DNA of 64,000 bases from a bacterium. Lineage in GTDB: Bacteria > Hinthialibacterota > Hinthialibacteria > Hinthialibacterales > Hinthialibacteraceae. The notes beneath the pieces were generated by a model. It saw only the letters and a program-made list of their open reading frames with translations, was not told the DNA's origin and did no database searches. The translations under genes and the position numbers were made by a program. This document shows positions 48,318 to 60,554 of the stretch, piece after piece; position 1 is the stretch's first letter; each line of letters opens with the position of its first letter. The DNA lies in the NCBI GenBank assembly GCA_963663405.2, contig CAXXSM010000110.1:125229-189228 (forward strand), read 5' to 3'.

Positions 48318-51125
48318 TTATTGGAACATAAATTCATATGCGCCTGATCCTATATCGATTTGCCAGTCTCCTTTCTTTGTCCGGTTGATTTTGATTAAGG
48401 AATTTTTATCAATAACTTTTCCGGATTCTGTAACTGTATCATATGTGGTGTCAGGCATACAGATTTTCGCAGTAGTGTTAACGGGAATTTCTACATCCAG
48501 ATGCAACCGGTCTTCCTTGATTCGCCATTCGGATAGGATCCGGCCGTGAGGAGAGTCATAATGCGATTTCGCCCAGGTTATATCCCCTACTGGATTCGGC
48601 TCAAGGATGATCGAACGATACGCGACAGAATCTTCCGCCTGCTGGATACCGGACAGCCCACTGTAGAACCATTCCATTACATGCCCCAGCATCAGATGAT
48701 TATTCGAAACTTGTTCTAATGCCGCCCAGGATTCCGTTAATGCGGTTGCTCCTTTTTCTAGTTGATACCCATATCCAGGCACATCGTTTCGATTGATCAT
48801 GGTATACAACATTTCCGATGCGCCTCCATCATTCAACGCTTTTACTAAGTAATGAAAACCAACATCACCAGCAGTCAATGCATTGTTCGATGCGTTGATG
48901 GATTGCAGCAAGTTGGCCATGACGATGTCTCGGTCTTCCGCATCCACTAATCCTACACAAAGTGGCATCGCCATAGCGGTTTGACTGCCAGTAGAATACA
49001 CTTTTGTGTTTTTATCAAAAAAACGGTCATTAAACGCATCCTTCACAATCCTTGCTAGATCATTTAAGCGTTTGGATTCATCTGGATAATGCAGGACATC
49101 CGCTATTTGCGCTAATAATGTGATGTCATAATAGTAAATTGCGGTGGCCGTTAACGCTTTTGGCGTGAGTTGGGCTTCCCCTGGGAACTGGGGGCCAAGA
49201 TCATACCAATCCCCCAATCCATGAGAAACGATATGCGCGTCCGCCATCGTTCCGAGATAGTCCACATAGCGTTTCATCATCGGCCAGGCTTGTTCCAGAA
49301 TTAAATGATCCCCATACCATTGATAGAGAAGCCAGGGAAGGATCACTGCGGCGCTGCCCCATTCCGGAGAATCACGAAATCCGCCTTCGAACTCGACATA
49401 CTCCGGCGCGATATCGGGAACCAGTCCATTCTCCAGTTGAGAATCCATCATGTCTAATACTAGCTGCTTATACAGATTGTAGAGATCAAAGTTGTAATGG
49501 ATGGCGGCGCCCATCAGATGCGTTTGTTCCAACCAACCCAGTTTTTCCCGGTGCGGACAATCGGTAATTACACTCTGCAAGTTGCTTTTAATCGCCCAGT
49601 TAATGAGTGAATCAATCCGGTTGAATAGCGTATTTGAGCATTCAAACGAACCAACCTGTGGAGTGGAATTCCGGGAGTGGAGCAGCGATAGGCTTTTGAT
49701 TTGCGGCAAGCCGGTTGCGTCCTTCTCGTTGTCCGGTTCCGCACCTTCCACCTGCGCATAACGGAAACCGTAATATGTAAATTGAGGCCGCCATATTTCC
49801 ACTCCTCCCCCTTTCAACGTATAGTTAAAATAGTACGGTTTCCCGGAGGCGTTCTGATTGGCTAATCGATCTTTGGTGATCAGTTCAGCGGGGACTAATC
49901 GTATTTCTTGTCCGGCTTTTCCTTGTACTTTCAGTTCAACAATCCCAGATGCGTTCTGGCCAAAGTCATAGAGATAAACTCCATCTTTCAGTTTATGAAT
50001 TGTATTCACTTCAAATCGCTCTTTGATCCGCAGGGGGTAATCGATTTCTGGAGTTAACACACCTTTTGGCGGCTTCACGTGAATAGCGTTATTCCAATCC
50101 TTATCATCAAAATCGGCTGTGTTCCATCCCCGCTGTTCCAACCGCGCGTCATAATCCTCACCACCATAAATGCTGGTATAAGTGATAGGTGAGGGGGATG
50201 TTTTCCATTGTTCGTTTGTAACCACTTCATCAACGGAACCGTCGGTATACATAATTTGCAGTTTGGCGATCAATTTGGGCATTCCATATGCGATCACCAA
50301 TTTCCGATACCGTTCGCGGTTGACATGATAGAAACCATTGCCAACAACTGCGCAGATGGCGTTGTCTCCATTCAATAATAGGCCGGTTACATCATAGGTA
50401 TTATAAAGGCAAGTCTTATTATATTCCGTCCAACCGGGAGCCAGAAATCGGTCTCCAACAGTCTCCCCATTGACGCTGGCCTCGTAATGCCCTAGTCCAC
50501 TGATAAACAGCAAGGCATGATCGACCGGTTTTGCGATGTGGAACTCATTCCGAAAATAGGGCGCAACCGGCCGCCTTTGTCCCTTCTCACCTAGTTGGTT
50601 TCCATTCCCGTGCACTCCCGGAACAACGGTGAGCGTATCCGGCAATTCTTCATACCCGATCCACCGCGCGCCACTCCAATCAGTATCATTAAATAAGCCG
50701 GTAACAAATGTCCCCGTATCACTCCAGGGAGATTTTTGGCCGTCTTTATCCCACACTCTCACTCGCCAAAAATAACGGGCGCCGGGATGCAATTTATCCC
50801 CGTCATAGGGAACAAAAAAATTATTTGAACTTTGAATCCGGCCGGAATCCCAGATGTCATACGTCCCAGATTCAACCGATGATTGACTGGAAGAAACAAC
50901 GAGCCGGTAAGCGGTCTGCATTTGATTCCGAACATTGGAAACCATTGTCCATCCAAAATGGAGTGTTTTCAGCGGTACTCCCAAGGGATCAACTTTGTTC
51001 TCACATTTGATAGATGCAATTTGGATCGTTTCTATCCCATGGATCAATAATGGAAAGAACGCGCCTACACAAATCCCAAAAGTCACGTACCAAGTAGTCA
51101 AAAACCATGTTTTTTGTTTCATCAT
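48318..51125 (-). CDS. GH78 alpha-L-rhamnosidase-like protein
   Basis: Signal peptide, YFWRVRVWD, SGLGHYE, IYGGEDYDAR, YDFGQN, FTYYGFRY, TDCPHREKLGWLEQ, GATALTESW, SNNHLMLG. Confidence 0.93.
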   Translation of the reverse strand: MMKQKTWFLTTWYVTFGICVGAFFPLLIHGIETIQIASIKCENKVDPLGVPLKTLHFGWTMVSNVRNQMQTAYRLVVSSSQSSVESGTYDIWDSGRIQSSNNFFVPYDGDKLHPGARYFWRVRVWDKDGQKSPWSDTGTFVTGLFNDTDWSGARWIGYEELPDTLTVVPGVHGNGNQLGEKGQRRPVAPYFRNEFHIAKPVDHALLFISGLGHYEASVNGETVGDRFLAPGWTEYNKTCLYNTYDVTGLLLNGDNAICAVVGNGFYHVNRERYRKLVIAYGMPKLIAKLQIMYTDGSVDEVVTNEQWKTSPSPITYTSIYGGEDYDARLEQRGWNTADFDDKDWNNAIHVKPPKGVLTPEIDYPLRIKERFEVNTIHKLKDGVYLYDFGQNASGIVELKVQGKAGQEIRLVPAELITKDRLANQNASGKPYYFNYTLKGGGVEIWRPQFTYYGFRYAQVEGAEPDNEKDATGLPQIKSLSLLHSRNSTPQVGSFECSNTLFNRIDSLINWAIKSNLQSVITDCPHREKLGWLEQTHLMGAAIHYNFDLYNLYKQLVLDMMDSQLENGLVPDIAPEYVEFEGGFRDSPEWGSAAVILPWLLYQWYGDHLILEQAWPMMKRYVDYLGTMADAHIVSHGLGDWYDLGPQFPGEAQLTPKALTATAIYYYDITLLAQIADVLHYPDESKRLNDLARIVKDAFNDRFFDKNTKVYSTGSQTAMAMPLCVGLVDAEDRDIVMANLLQSINASNNALTAGDVGFHYLVKALNDGGASEMLYTMINRNDVPGYGYQLEKGATALTESWAALEQVSNNHLMLGHVMEWFYSGLSGIQQAEDSVAYRSIILEPNPVGDITWAKSHYDSPHGRILSEWRIKEDRLHLDVEIPVNTTAKICMPDTTYDTVTESGKVIDKNSLIKINRTKKGDWQIDIGSGAYEFMFQ

Positions 51126-51555
51126 TTAACCATCCTATCGAAATTATTGTATACATCCATAATCGGACCACTGCATTTCTGACAGCGGCAGAGAGTTTCG
51201 GTTGTCATATTTTACTTTTCCTTGAACATATCATTCATACACACGTTTGTCAATTATTCGATTTGAGGACACGCCGCTGATTATCCGAGAAGGGAAATCA
51301 ATCCAGACTCGGTATCCGAATGCCAAACAAGGGCCACTCTTGGATTTAGGCTCGGGATGGGAACCCGATTGGATAGGTAAGGATGTATCGAATTAATGAA
51401 AAAGCGTAGTGAAGGGATCGAAATAACAATTTATTTGGTATTACCCCTTTTTTTATTTCTACTTCTTCTATTGGTTTGGCGATATGTTCCTGACAGCCAT
51501 GTAAATTTTACATAGGAGTAAGAAATTATCCCCAAATAAAAAGGTGATTAAAACA

Positions 51556-51728
51556 AGAGACAAGCGAAGCGATTTTGGCTAATTGCAATACTAAATTTTC
51601 TGTCTTTCTTAGTATACAGCAATGAAGGATTGATCGAAATTAGCCTTGAAACACTTCAGGATAAAATCCGGGGAGGATTACTGGGTCAGATAATTGGCAA
51701 CTTGAATGGGCTTTCGCACGAATTTTAA
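51556..51728 (+). pseudogene. N-terminal fragment of a secreted ADP-ribosylglycohydrolase-like protein
   Basis: FWLIAILNFLSFLVYS...ISLETLQDKIRGGLLGQIIGNLNGLSHEF*; assignment from a recalled N-terminal motif. Confidence 0.45.
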
Positions 51729-51874
51729 AAATCCCGTATAGCCAAAAAGTCGACCGAATTGTAACTATCCTTTTTAAAAGACTTGGAAAAATGACATATC
51801 CATGATTTCGGTCCATTGACATACCGCTGTACAAACTGAATCCCACATGTGAATTTTATGACCTTACGCGGTTT

Positions 51875-53998
51875 TTATTTGGCTTTGTAATGATAAACCA
51901 GCGCAGCCGGTTTTTTGACCGCTTTTATTTGCAATCCCTCGTACATTAAATCCATTCCGGTTTTTGCGATCGACTCGTTCGTATCCAGATTGGTCACCGT
52001 GTAGGTCGTTGATGGGTCCAAGGCTCTCAGTTTTATGGTGAGCGTATCGCTCTCGCATTGGTCGCGGCGGAAGACTTGCGCCATACCTTCCCGCGCGGCG
52101 GGATCGTTGAACTGCCAAGAAATCCATTTGTCTCTGTCGAGGCTATACGGAGTCAGCGGGTAATAATCCGCTGGGAATAAATGGCGGATTTTCTGATACA
52201 ACGCGAGCTGCGCTTTAGCCCGTTCCCAGATATCCGGTTTTTTGTAGTAATCCAGAGCGAGGGTCAGGTGAGTTCCCCAGCCGCTGCGGAAATCGTAGGG
52301 ATCGACGCTAACCGCTCCCACTCCGGTGATGGGAAGCCAGAATGAGACGCCGTACGCCATACTGTGCATGCCGACCGGTTCCCACACACAATCACTTCGG
52401 AAGAGGATCAAAGACCGGCGCAGCATCTCAAAATCGATTCGGCGTCCTCCGCTGGCGCAGGTATCGATAATCAATCCCGGATGCTCGCGGAGCAGCGTAT
52501 CGTAAAAATCGTAGAGGCCTGTGATATGGCGGATTTCATTCATGCCCTGACGGTCTTCCGGTTCGTTGTTCCGCCAATAGTATAACGGAGTCATATTGAA
52601 ATCCTGACGGTATATCTCCAATCCTAATTTATCGATCAGATGAGAGAATGTTTTTTTCGTCCAAGCCAACGCTTCAGGATTTCCAAGATCGAGCAGGCGA
52701 AAGCGGTCTCTTTCGTGGTATTCCAATTCCTTCGGAAGATTTGAGGGCGTCAGCAGCCATTCTGGGTGGTTTTCGAAGAGCCAAGTATTGGGCATGACTC
52801 GTTCCGGTTCGCACCAAAGCAGAAAGCGAAGGCTGTGGGAATGCGCCGCATCGGCGACTGGTTTCAGCCCACGGGGAAAACGTTGCGCATTGGGTTCCCA
52901 GGAACCGACGTTAAGCGCCCAATTGTTGGATTCGCCATGCCAACCGGCGTCAATCCACCACGTATCCACTGGGAATTGGTGAGCGGCGATATTTTCGATT
53001 CCCTCAATCATGTTGGCTTCGGTGGTATCCGTGAAACCGATGGCCGCATGCGGCGAGGCGGCGATGGGATATTGTACCGGCTTTCCATTATTCATCGGCG
53101 TATAATGCTTTAACAACAGGCGCCGAAGTTGGTTTTGTCCGTGCAGATAATCTTTGCCTGAATAGAACAGCAACAATATCGCCGGGGTGCGAATTTCCTC
53201 ACCAGGATGCAGGCGCAGATGGGTACGCTCCATACCCGCTCGGACTTGCGCCTGGATTGCATTCTTTCTTTCAAACGAGGCAGCCCATTGTCCCGTCCAT
53301 CCGATTCCCAGCATGACTCCTCCGTCCCGAAGATTGGCGAGATTGAAGAAGGGTAGAATTCCATCCGAGGATCGGCCATCCCGCGGCGCGAGATGGATGG
53401 AATCCGTAACCGTTTGTTCTCTGGGAGCGAAATCGCCGGATTGATTGTGGCTGCCCAGAGCGTAATGCAATAACACGTCATTCGCCGGCAAGGCGGCGAA
53501 CGGCGCATCCAAGGCCTGTACGTTCTCTAGAATGGGAGAGTCGTTTTGGCCTGTGTTGGAAAAATAGAGCGTCCATTCTAAGGCGGGAAAATCGCTGTAT
53601 TCCACTACGCGGTATTTGACGGTCAGATTGGAAACCGAGTCTGTATATATTGTGGTGTGTAGGAGCCGATTGGAATCGATGCGTTCCGTCGTCGTTTCAT
53701 GCCGCCAGTCCGGCAAGAACTGGGCGCTGGGTTTCCCATTGAGCACAAATGAAAAGGGTAGGAAATTCGGTTGATTGGTGGACTGCGGCGAGTCGGTCGC
53801 CGGGGATATCCAGGAATGGGATTGAAGAAAATCGTTCAGTCGTAGTTCGGCGTTGGCGACAGGTATTAGCAGAACGGTTAAAAAGAAGACAAATATTGTT
53901 GTTTTAGTGGATGATATTTTATTCGGGATTTCCCATTTGAGCTGAGTACTTTTCCCGTTTTTTTTGATTCCATTCAATTTACTCACACAAAAATGCAT
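51875..53998 (-). CDS. GH36 alpha-galactosidase-like protein
   Basis: WWIDAGW, RFPRGLKPV, LWCEPERV, YRQDFN, IDTCASGGRRID, FRSD. Confidence 0.92.
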   Translation of the reverse strand: MHFCVSKLNGIKKNGKSTQLKWEIPNKISSTKTTIFVFFLTVLLIPVANAELRLNDFLQSHSWISPATDSPQSTNQPNFLPFSFVLNGKPSAQFLPDWRHETTTERIDSNRLLHTTIYTDSVSNLTVKYRVVEYSDFPALEWTLYFSNTGQNDSPILENVQALDAPFAALPANDVLLHYALGSHNQSGDFAPREQTVTDSIHLAPRDGRSSDGILPFFNLANLRDGGVMLGIGWTGQWAASFERKNAIQAQVRAGMERTHLRLHPGEEIRTPAILLLFYSGKDYLHGQNQLRRLLLKHYTPMNNGKPVQYPIAASPHAAIGFTDTTEANMIEGIENIAAHQFPVDTWWIDAGWHGESNNWALNVGSWEPNAQRFPRGLKPVADAAHSHSLRFLLWCEPERVMPNTWLFENHPEWLLTPSNLPKELEYHERDRFRLLDLGNPEALAWTKKTFSHLIDKLGLEIYRQDFNMTPLYYWRNNEPEDRQGMNEIRHITGLYDFYDTLLREHPGLIIDTCASGGRRIDFEMLRRSLILFRSDCVWEPVGMHSMAYGVSFWLPITGVGAVSVDPYDFRSGWGTHLTLALDYYKKPDIWERAKAQLALYQKIRHLFPADYYPLTPYSLDRDKWISWQFNDPAAREGMAQVFRRDQCESDTLTIKLRALDPSTTYTVTNLDTNESIAKTGMDLMYEGLQIKAVKKPAALVYHYKAK

Positions 53999-54288
53999 AA
54001 CGTCAATTATCCTTTCATGAAATCACCCATTTTTAAAAAGCGATTCGTATCGAAAATCTGTAAACTGCCCGAACATACGCAATACATCCTATCCTCTTTC
54101 GTTGATCCTATACTGATCTACAAATTATCGAACAGTATGTACACTTCCAATAGGTCATTGATCGAAAATTCAATATCGAAATCAATATAAACTGATTCTT
54201 TTAGCGTCCTTATTGATCGGTTGAATATTTTGATTGAACGCGCTCAGTGTAATTTATTTCTTTTTTTAGACGGCTAAAGAGATACCAT

Positions 54289-55622
54289 TTATCGACACAA
54301 CCATTCCTTAGGAACAGGTATTATACAGAGATTCATTGAGCGACTATCTTCTGAAAGCATCGCCGATTGGATTTCAATTCTCGTTCCATCAGCGCTGAAT
54401 GTTGGATGCGGGTGATCAGCAGCCGTTGTTTTATGGCCGGCAGAAAGCAATATCATTTCATGAGTTCTTCGATCGATCAAATAAATCTCTCTCGCAAAGT
54501 TATCACCAACAACAAATCGCCCATCCGGCGATCCATGAACATGCCAAAAGCCGCTTCCTTTAGGTATTTGTCCCGCAATGTGCATCTTTCTTGTATTAAT
54601 ATTGACGATAGCTAAACCAGAAGGCTTTTCGCGTGTTCCACATTCGCCCCACTCGCTTTCCTGTCCTGGATTGGTTCGCTTATCGGTTGTTTCTTTGGTC
54701 GCATCAGTTGATGCGATTGGTATTTTACGATGTCCCATAATCGCGAAAGCCACTTCGTCGGGAGCGATCACGGCTTCGTGCGTTACCCATTCGTAAGGCG
54801 CTTCCGGATAAAGAGGGCGCAGATCTGTACCCTCCGTATTGACGATCCAGGTTCGTTGTGGCGCTTTGCCTCTGGTTTCCCAACAAAAAACGATCTGACC
54901 GGGAACCCAGGGATTTGTTTGGATATGCCCGATCTGAAACGGGACTGAGACAACATACTTGGTCTCTCCCGTGCGAACGTTCAAACCGCCTATTCCATTG
55001 GGCCCGGCTCCCATATTACGCGGTCCAAAGTCAGGCTCGATTTTTGTTCCCTCTGGTAGATGTTTTCCAGCCTCCTCTCTTCCAACTCGAAGCCAAACCC
55101 ATTCTTCATCTGCGTCCAAGGCCATATCTCCGCCCGCTCTCCATTCCGGTGGAGTTGTTCCGCAAACATGTTGATATTCGGAGGCATTTTTTAGTGTGCC
55201 CGCTGCACTATCGGCGAATAATTTAGCCAAGTTGACTTCCACAATTTCGACTGTCCTTCCACGCCGATCGAGGGAAGGTCTTCTCATAAAAAAGAGTTTC
55301 ATAGATTTACGGGCGACGTTCAGTTTTCCGTAGTAACCACCTTCGGTAACCTGGACTATGTCACCGGTTTTCTCGTGGACGGCCATCGCTTCGCCCCGAA
55401 CTCGATTCGAGCGAAATACAATCCACTGACCATCCGACGGTCCATTGATTGTGTGTTGGATAGATTTTCGCATCATCAGAGGGAGTACTGGTCAAAAATG
55501 TCAGTTCGACACCAGTGATGGGATCCGCTACAATTTTTTTTTCTGAAGGAAACCGCGTTCCAATCTGTGCGTAAACGGAAGAACTCGGTACAATGTAAAT
55601 AATACAAAATAAGAAAACAGAG
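54289..55622 (-). pseudogene. oligogalacturonate-lyase-like beta-propeller protein; frameshift near 55440 and start codon lost to IS1595
   Basis: Upstream frame VYAQIGTRFPSEKKIVADPITGVELTFLTS...KIYPTHNQWT joins SDGQWIVFRS; GHIQTNP, WVTHE, FWHVHGSPDG, HPHPTFS. Confidence 0.8.
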
Positions 55623-56010
55623 ATATACGCTTGACTCCAGTTTTCACTATATCTTATGGTTCGGGGTGTTCAATTGTGCCTCCACGGATGTCATCAGCAG
55701 TCACTGGCGATATAGGCGCTGCTTGTAGAACAAGACGATAAAACAACTTGCCTCTCGATCTCAAGGTTCTTCGGTTGAATCGGAGGAGTAAACTCATCAA
55801 TATAATAATCAAGATGAGATGGCCGTACTGTTCCATGATGGAATCCTGCAAGCCATCTTTTTAACAAAGCTGCCACACGATTCACCAACGAATGAAGATT
55901 ATCTCCGACTTTCGAGTCTTGTCGCACTACTTTATGTTCATATCCCTTGCTCGATAAATTTCTATACCCATTCCATACATAGGTCCGCACGACGCTTCCC
56001 GGTTCTACAC
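55623..56010 (-). mobile_element. IS1595-family remnant (3' part and right end)
   Basis: VEPGSVVRT..WNGY...VNRVAALLKRWLAGFHHG...HLDYYIDEFT/RFNRR...GKLFYRLV; end ATATAGTG...CTGGAGTCAAGCGTATA. Confidence 0.85.
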
Positions 56011-56039
56011 TCGCTTGTACCGCAGGAAACAAGCAGTTC

Positions 56040-56163
56040 GATTTTCGAGTCTATATTGAAAGGGGATCATATGATATAACATTAACAGCGTCAAGCGATT
56101 GGCAGTGGTCCGATTCACTCTTGACAGCTTCATGTGGATCGATTCCAGGTTAACAGGCTCACA
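56040..56163 (-). mobile_element. two tandem IS481-like left ends
   Basis: Minus strand TGTGAGCCTGTTAACCTGGAATCGATCCAC-A-TGAAGCTGTCAAGAGTGAATCGGACCAC followed by TTGACG-17-TATGAT. Confidence 0.75.
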
Positions 56164-56207
56164 ATAGACCATAAAAGCAGTCGAGAAAAATTCTCGCTTG
56201 CCATACA

Positions 56208-58955
56208 TTAATGCGTTTGTATGGACCTGTAGGAAGAGCGTGAAAGTGATTGACGGCGCACAATGTGATAAACGCTGTCTTCGTCCAGTTTAATGATTAG
56301 ATCGCCGTTCGCTTCGTGACGGATGGGAACCGCAACGTCACGAGGCATGCCGTTTTCATTGAGTGCGATCCACGTCAGCTGAACCGGCGTTGAAAAGTGT
56401 AACAGTAGCGTTGACCTTCTCTACGCCGAAGGGGGATTCGCCAAGACTCTCGATGCGCCCCGAATTGTCGTTGGAAGCTTTGAAGCCGTATGGGCGCTCA
56501 ACCGTCATTGCTTGAATGAGAATCTTAGCCGAATCTTTGATCGGCTTATCGTCTAACGGGACAGCAACGAGTGAGGCGTAATTGTTTTCAACATGTAAGG
56601 CAATATCACCGAGACGAATCTCCTCAACTTTGTTCAAAAAGCCTGTTGCGCCTTGGGCCCGGACGGCATCCATTGTGGCAATCCCTTTGCTGTAATCCCA
56701 TTTCAAGAGGTTATTAATACTGGTGATGATTTTCGACTTGCGGTCGATATGTTCGGCCAGGTTCAGCTGATAAGACCTAGAAAGATCGTTACCGTAACTG
56801 CGCACTACGCGTCCCACGTAATAGGCCAAAGGATCGATGTTATTGACGCCCCCTTCTACTACCTTACCTGGAGGGATATCGGCTTGGCGAAAATCATCAA
56901 GGTTTTGCGCAGCGGCCCCGCCTGAGCCTTTGAGAGCATAAAGATCTTCCAAAAGCAATTCCTGGTGTATGACGGTTTTCGCCTCGGGAATATAGTCTAC
57001 ACCCGATAGATCAGCGCATAAGCGGGAAAATTACCAAGAATGACAGGGCATGACAGAGCAAATTTCTTTAGGCTTGTGTCCCAATAAGCCCCGCCTAGCG
57101 CAAAAGTCATAAGAGAATCCACTCCTTGCAACGCGCCATAGGCAGAGGCGAGAAAAGCGTAATCGGCTCGGTACAGATTGGGATTGGTCCATCCGATTTC
57201 AGAGATAGTCTGGGGATGATCCGCTGTCTGGATAAACTGAAGAGGAATATTCTTGAGGAACAAGAAGCGCGGATAGATTGTCGAAGGTGTGACCAACTCG
57301 AACGTCATATGCATGGCTACCATCGTCACTGTTATGGGGGCCGCTGAAATAACCGTGGCGATCTATCACTTCTCCAGCGGTATACGTATAACGTTCCAAC
57401 GCATCGAGCATGACAGGATCGCTGGTGTGCCAATTACCAGGGCTAATCAAACTTTTAGAACCCAGATCTTTACGGATGTATTGAATCGTCTCTTCATAAA
57501 AGTGGCGCTGGAGTTCGGAAAGAAAACGAACCTGATCGGAAAGGCGGCGTTTTTTGGAATCACCGGCTTGTTTGACAGAAGCGCTGGTCATATGCCAGGC
57601 CTCATATAGAGTGGCGCGTCCCGCTTGGAGATCATCACCGGATTCACGCATCCCCCATGTATCAAAAGCCTTTTCCAACGAACCGTATCGATTAGACAAC
57701 CATGTTCCGAAACGTTGTTCGAGTTCTTGCCAGTGAACGAAAGGAATATTGTTTTTTGTAAAAGTCCAGAAAAAGAAACTATCTTCATTTTGCAACTCAA
57801 GTACTGCGATAGCCGGTTCATCAGCAAGGATTTTTCCGGTATAGGGATTCGGTATCGTCAGAATTCCTTTTAACCATGTACGGTGAAATTCCTGCATTTG
57901 TTCATTAAAAAAAAGCAACGCAAACGGTCGCTTGTTATCCATCGAATCAAAACCGGGAATACCATAATGAGGATTTAATATTGAACCAAAGGGGAAAATA
58001 GAAACTGATAAAGGTGTAGATCCCTTCACGTTTCAATGCAGACACGAAATAGAAAAGATCATCCAACTTCTTTTCATCCATCGTCATGGGATTTTCGGAC
58101 TTGAACAGAGGACTGTGATATCGAACAAGATTGACACCCATCTTCGCCAACTTACGCGCCAGGTAATCGATCGAGGCACGATCTAAGGCAGCGATACTAG
58201 AAGAAGCGTTCACGGCCCAAAAACGTACGGGCTTACCATTGCCAAGAACAAGGATTCATCCCCTCGGTGCGGACGAAACCACTTACACCCGCTTCACTTT
58301 CGTTTAGATGTCGCAAATCGAACAATGCTTCAGAACTAAATTCATCCAATGATGGTTCCCAGGGGAAAAAGCCTTCATCCGCTTTGCCGGATTTCTGGTC
58401 CGGTTTAAGGTTACCGCGAGGCATGAAAGGAAAAGCGGTCAAAACAAAACAATCAAAACCCGCTGTGAGTGATTCGCCCGGTCCAGCAAGTAGACGCAAT
58501 TTCGAAATGATGCGCGCCTTCCGTCATTTCGACTTCACCTAGACTGACCCAGTTAGCTGGAACGTTTTTCATCAGCACGATTTCATCGGCCAGGGCAACA
58601 TCTCGAGGGCAAATGCGCCAGTCGGCATTGTCATATCGCCAGCGAAAAGGACCGTGCTTCCACATCTTCCTAACCCAAAACTGATAGTGATCTGCTTTTT
58701 TCAACTTCGATTTCATAAATTGCATATGCTTCATCACCCGAACGATTTCCCGCATTGGTCAACCAATGGTTTTCTGAAAGCAAATGGCGGTTTTCTGGAA
58801 ATGAACTGGAAGAAAACCAAGTCTTCTGAGGAAAGTTTGTTTTTGATGGGATTCTCGCCTTCCCACCAGATATAATTCATAGCTTCGCTATAAAACGGAA
58901 AACAGATCGACAAAATAGTTAGCGAGAAGAGAAATACAAGCCGTTTAAAAGTCAT
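56208..58955 (-). pseudogene. large secreted clan GH-A-like glycoside hydrolase, broken into at least 8 frames
   Basis: Consecutive fragments: signal peptide + YIWWEGE, RFWAVN, KMGVNLVRYH, NPYTGKILADEPAIAVLELQNEDS (acid/base), IDRHGY, ISEIGW (nucleophile). Confidence 0.8.
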
Positions 58956-59073
58956 TGTTCAAAATCCTATCTACATTGTGGAAAGAAGATTATAGATTCT
59001 CAATGTTACGTTCCGATTCCAAAGAATCATAAATACTAAAGATTGCAAGGAGACATGGTAAAAAAAAATCCTT

Positions 59074-60380
59074 AGGAATCGTCCAAAAATAACTTGAACA
59101 AATATATTATCCATACTATAATTTCAGTATGGACAATGTATCGGAACAAACTATACGAGAAAAATTCGTATCGCTCAAGCCCAGTATTAGATGAAACAGT
59201 CCTCGACGGCTCTGGGCAGCGGCCGAAGCCAAGTCGTTTGGGTCACGGTGGAATTTCCATTGTATCTAGAGCGACAGGACTTTCGCGGACCACCATTCAT
59301 CAAGGCATCAAAAATCTAATCGGCTTCGAAATCTTCTTCCCCAATGGATATGAACCGAAAACGAATTCGTACTTCCGGCGGGGGCCGTAAACGGATTACC
59401 GAAACCGATCCAACAGTCTTGGCTGATCTGGAACGCCTTGTCGAACCGTTAACCCGCGGCGATCCCGAATCACCATTACGCTGGACTTGTAAGAGTGTTC
59501 GCCAATTGGCGACGGCGCTGCAAAAGCAAGGCCATGTCATTGAACGCCAGAAAGTCGCTCATCTGCTCTCGGAATTGGGCTACAGTTTGAAAGCCAACCG
59601 AAAGACACGAGAAGGGAAGCAACACCCAGATCGAGACGCCCAATTTTTATTGGATCAGTGAACGAGTGACTCAGTTCCAGAATCGCGGTCAACCTGTCAT
59701 TTCGGTAGACATAAAAAAGAAAGAACTGGTTGGAGAATATAAAAATGGGGGCCGGGAGTGGAATCCGAAGGGAAGCCACGAACAAGTGGATGTATATGAT
59801 TTCATCGATCAACAAAAAGGCAAAGTCAATCTGTACGGCATCTACGATCAAATTACGAATCGGAGTTGGGTCAGCGTAGGCACAGATCATGATACTGCGG
59901 AAATTTGCCGTGGAAAGCATTCGCCGCTGGTGGTATAAAATGGGCGCCGATCAATATCCAGGCGCCAAAGAACTGTTGATTACAGCCGATTGTGGAGGGA
60001 GTAATGGAAACCGTGTTCGGTCATGGAAAATCATGTTACAGAATTTCTCGAATGAAACGGGATTGAAGATTTCCGTTTGTCATTTTCCTCCCGGAACCAG
60101 TAAATGGAATAAGATTGTACATCGTATGTTCTCACACATCAGCATGAATTGGCGAGGGAAACCTCTCATTCGTCATGAAGTGATCGTAAATCTTATTGGC
60201 AGTACAACGACAAAAAACGGATTAACTATACTGGCTGAGTTTGACACGAATCAATATGAAAAAGGCATAAAAATCACGGATAAGGAACTGAAAAAAGTAA
60301 ACCTTTCCAAAGACAGTTTTCATGGGGAATGGAACTATACTATTGCTCCAAAGTGTTCATGTTAATTATGGACGATTCCC
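59074..60380 (+). mobile_element. ISAzo13-family element with a multiply frameshifted transposase
   Basis: IRs AGGAATCGTCCAAAAATAACTTGAACA / TGTTCATGTTAATTATGGACGATTCCC; RGDPESPLRWTCKS, ISVDIKKKELVG, ITADCGGSNG, HFPPGTSKWNKI, FHGEWNYTI. Confidence 0.93.
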
Positions 60381-60554
60381 TAATCGGTTGTGGGAAAGAT
60401 TGGATAACGCATTTAATTCGGCAAAAACAAAATAAGCCTACAAATCCTGATATTCTTTGTGAGATCGGCTAAAATGAACTTTTTACTGTCGGCGAAAGAA
60501 AGAAGTTTTTACCTTACTATTAAAACTCAAAAGAAGAGGAAAAGGAGTATTACC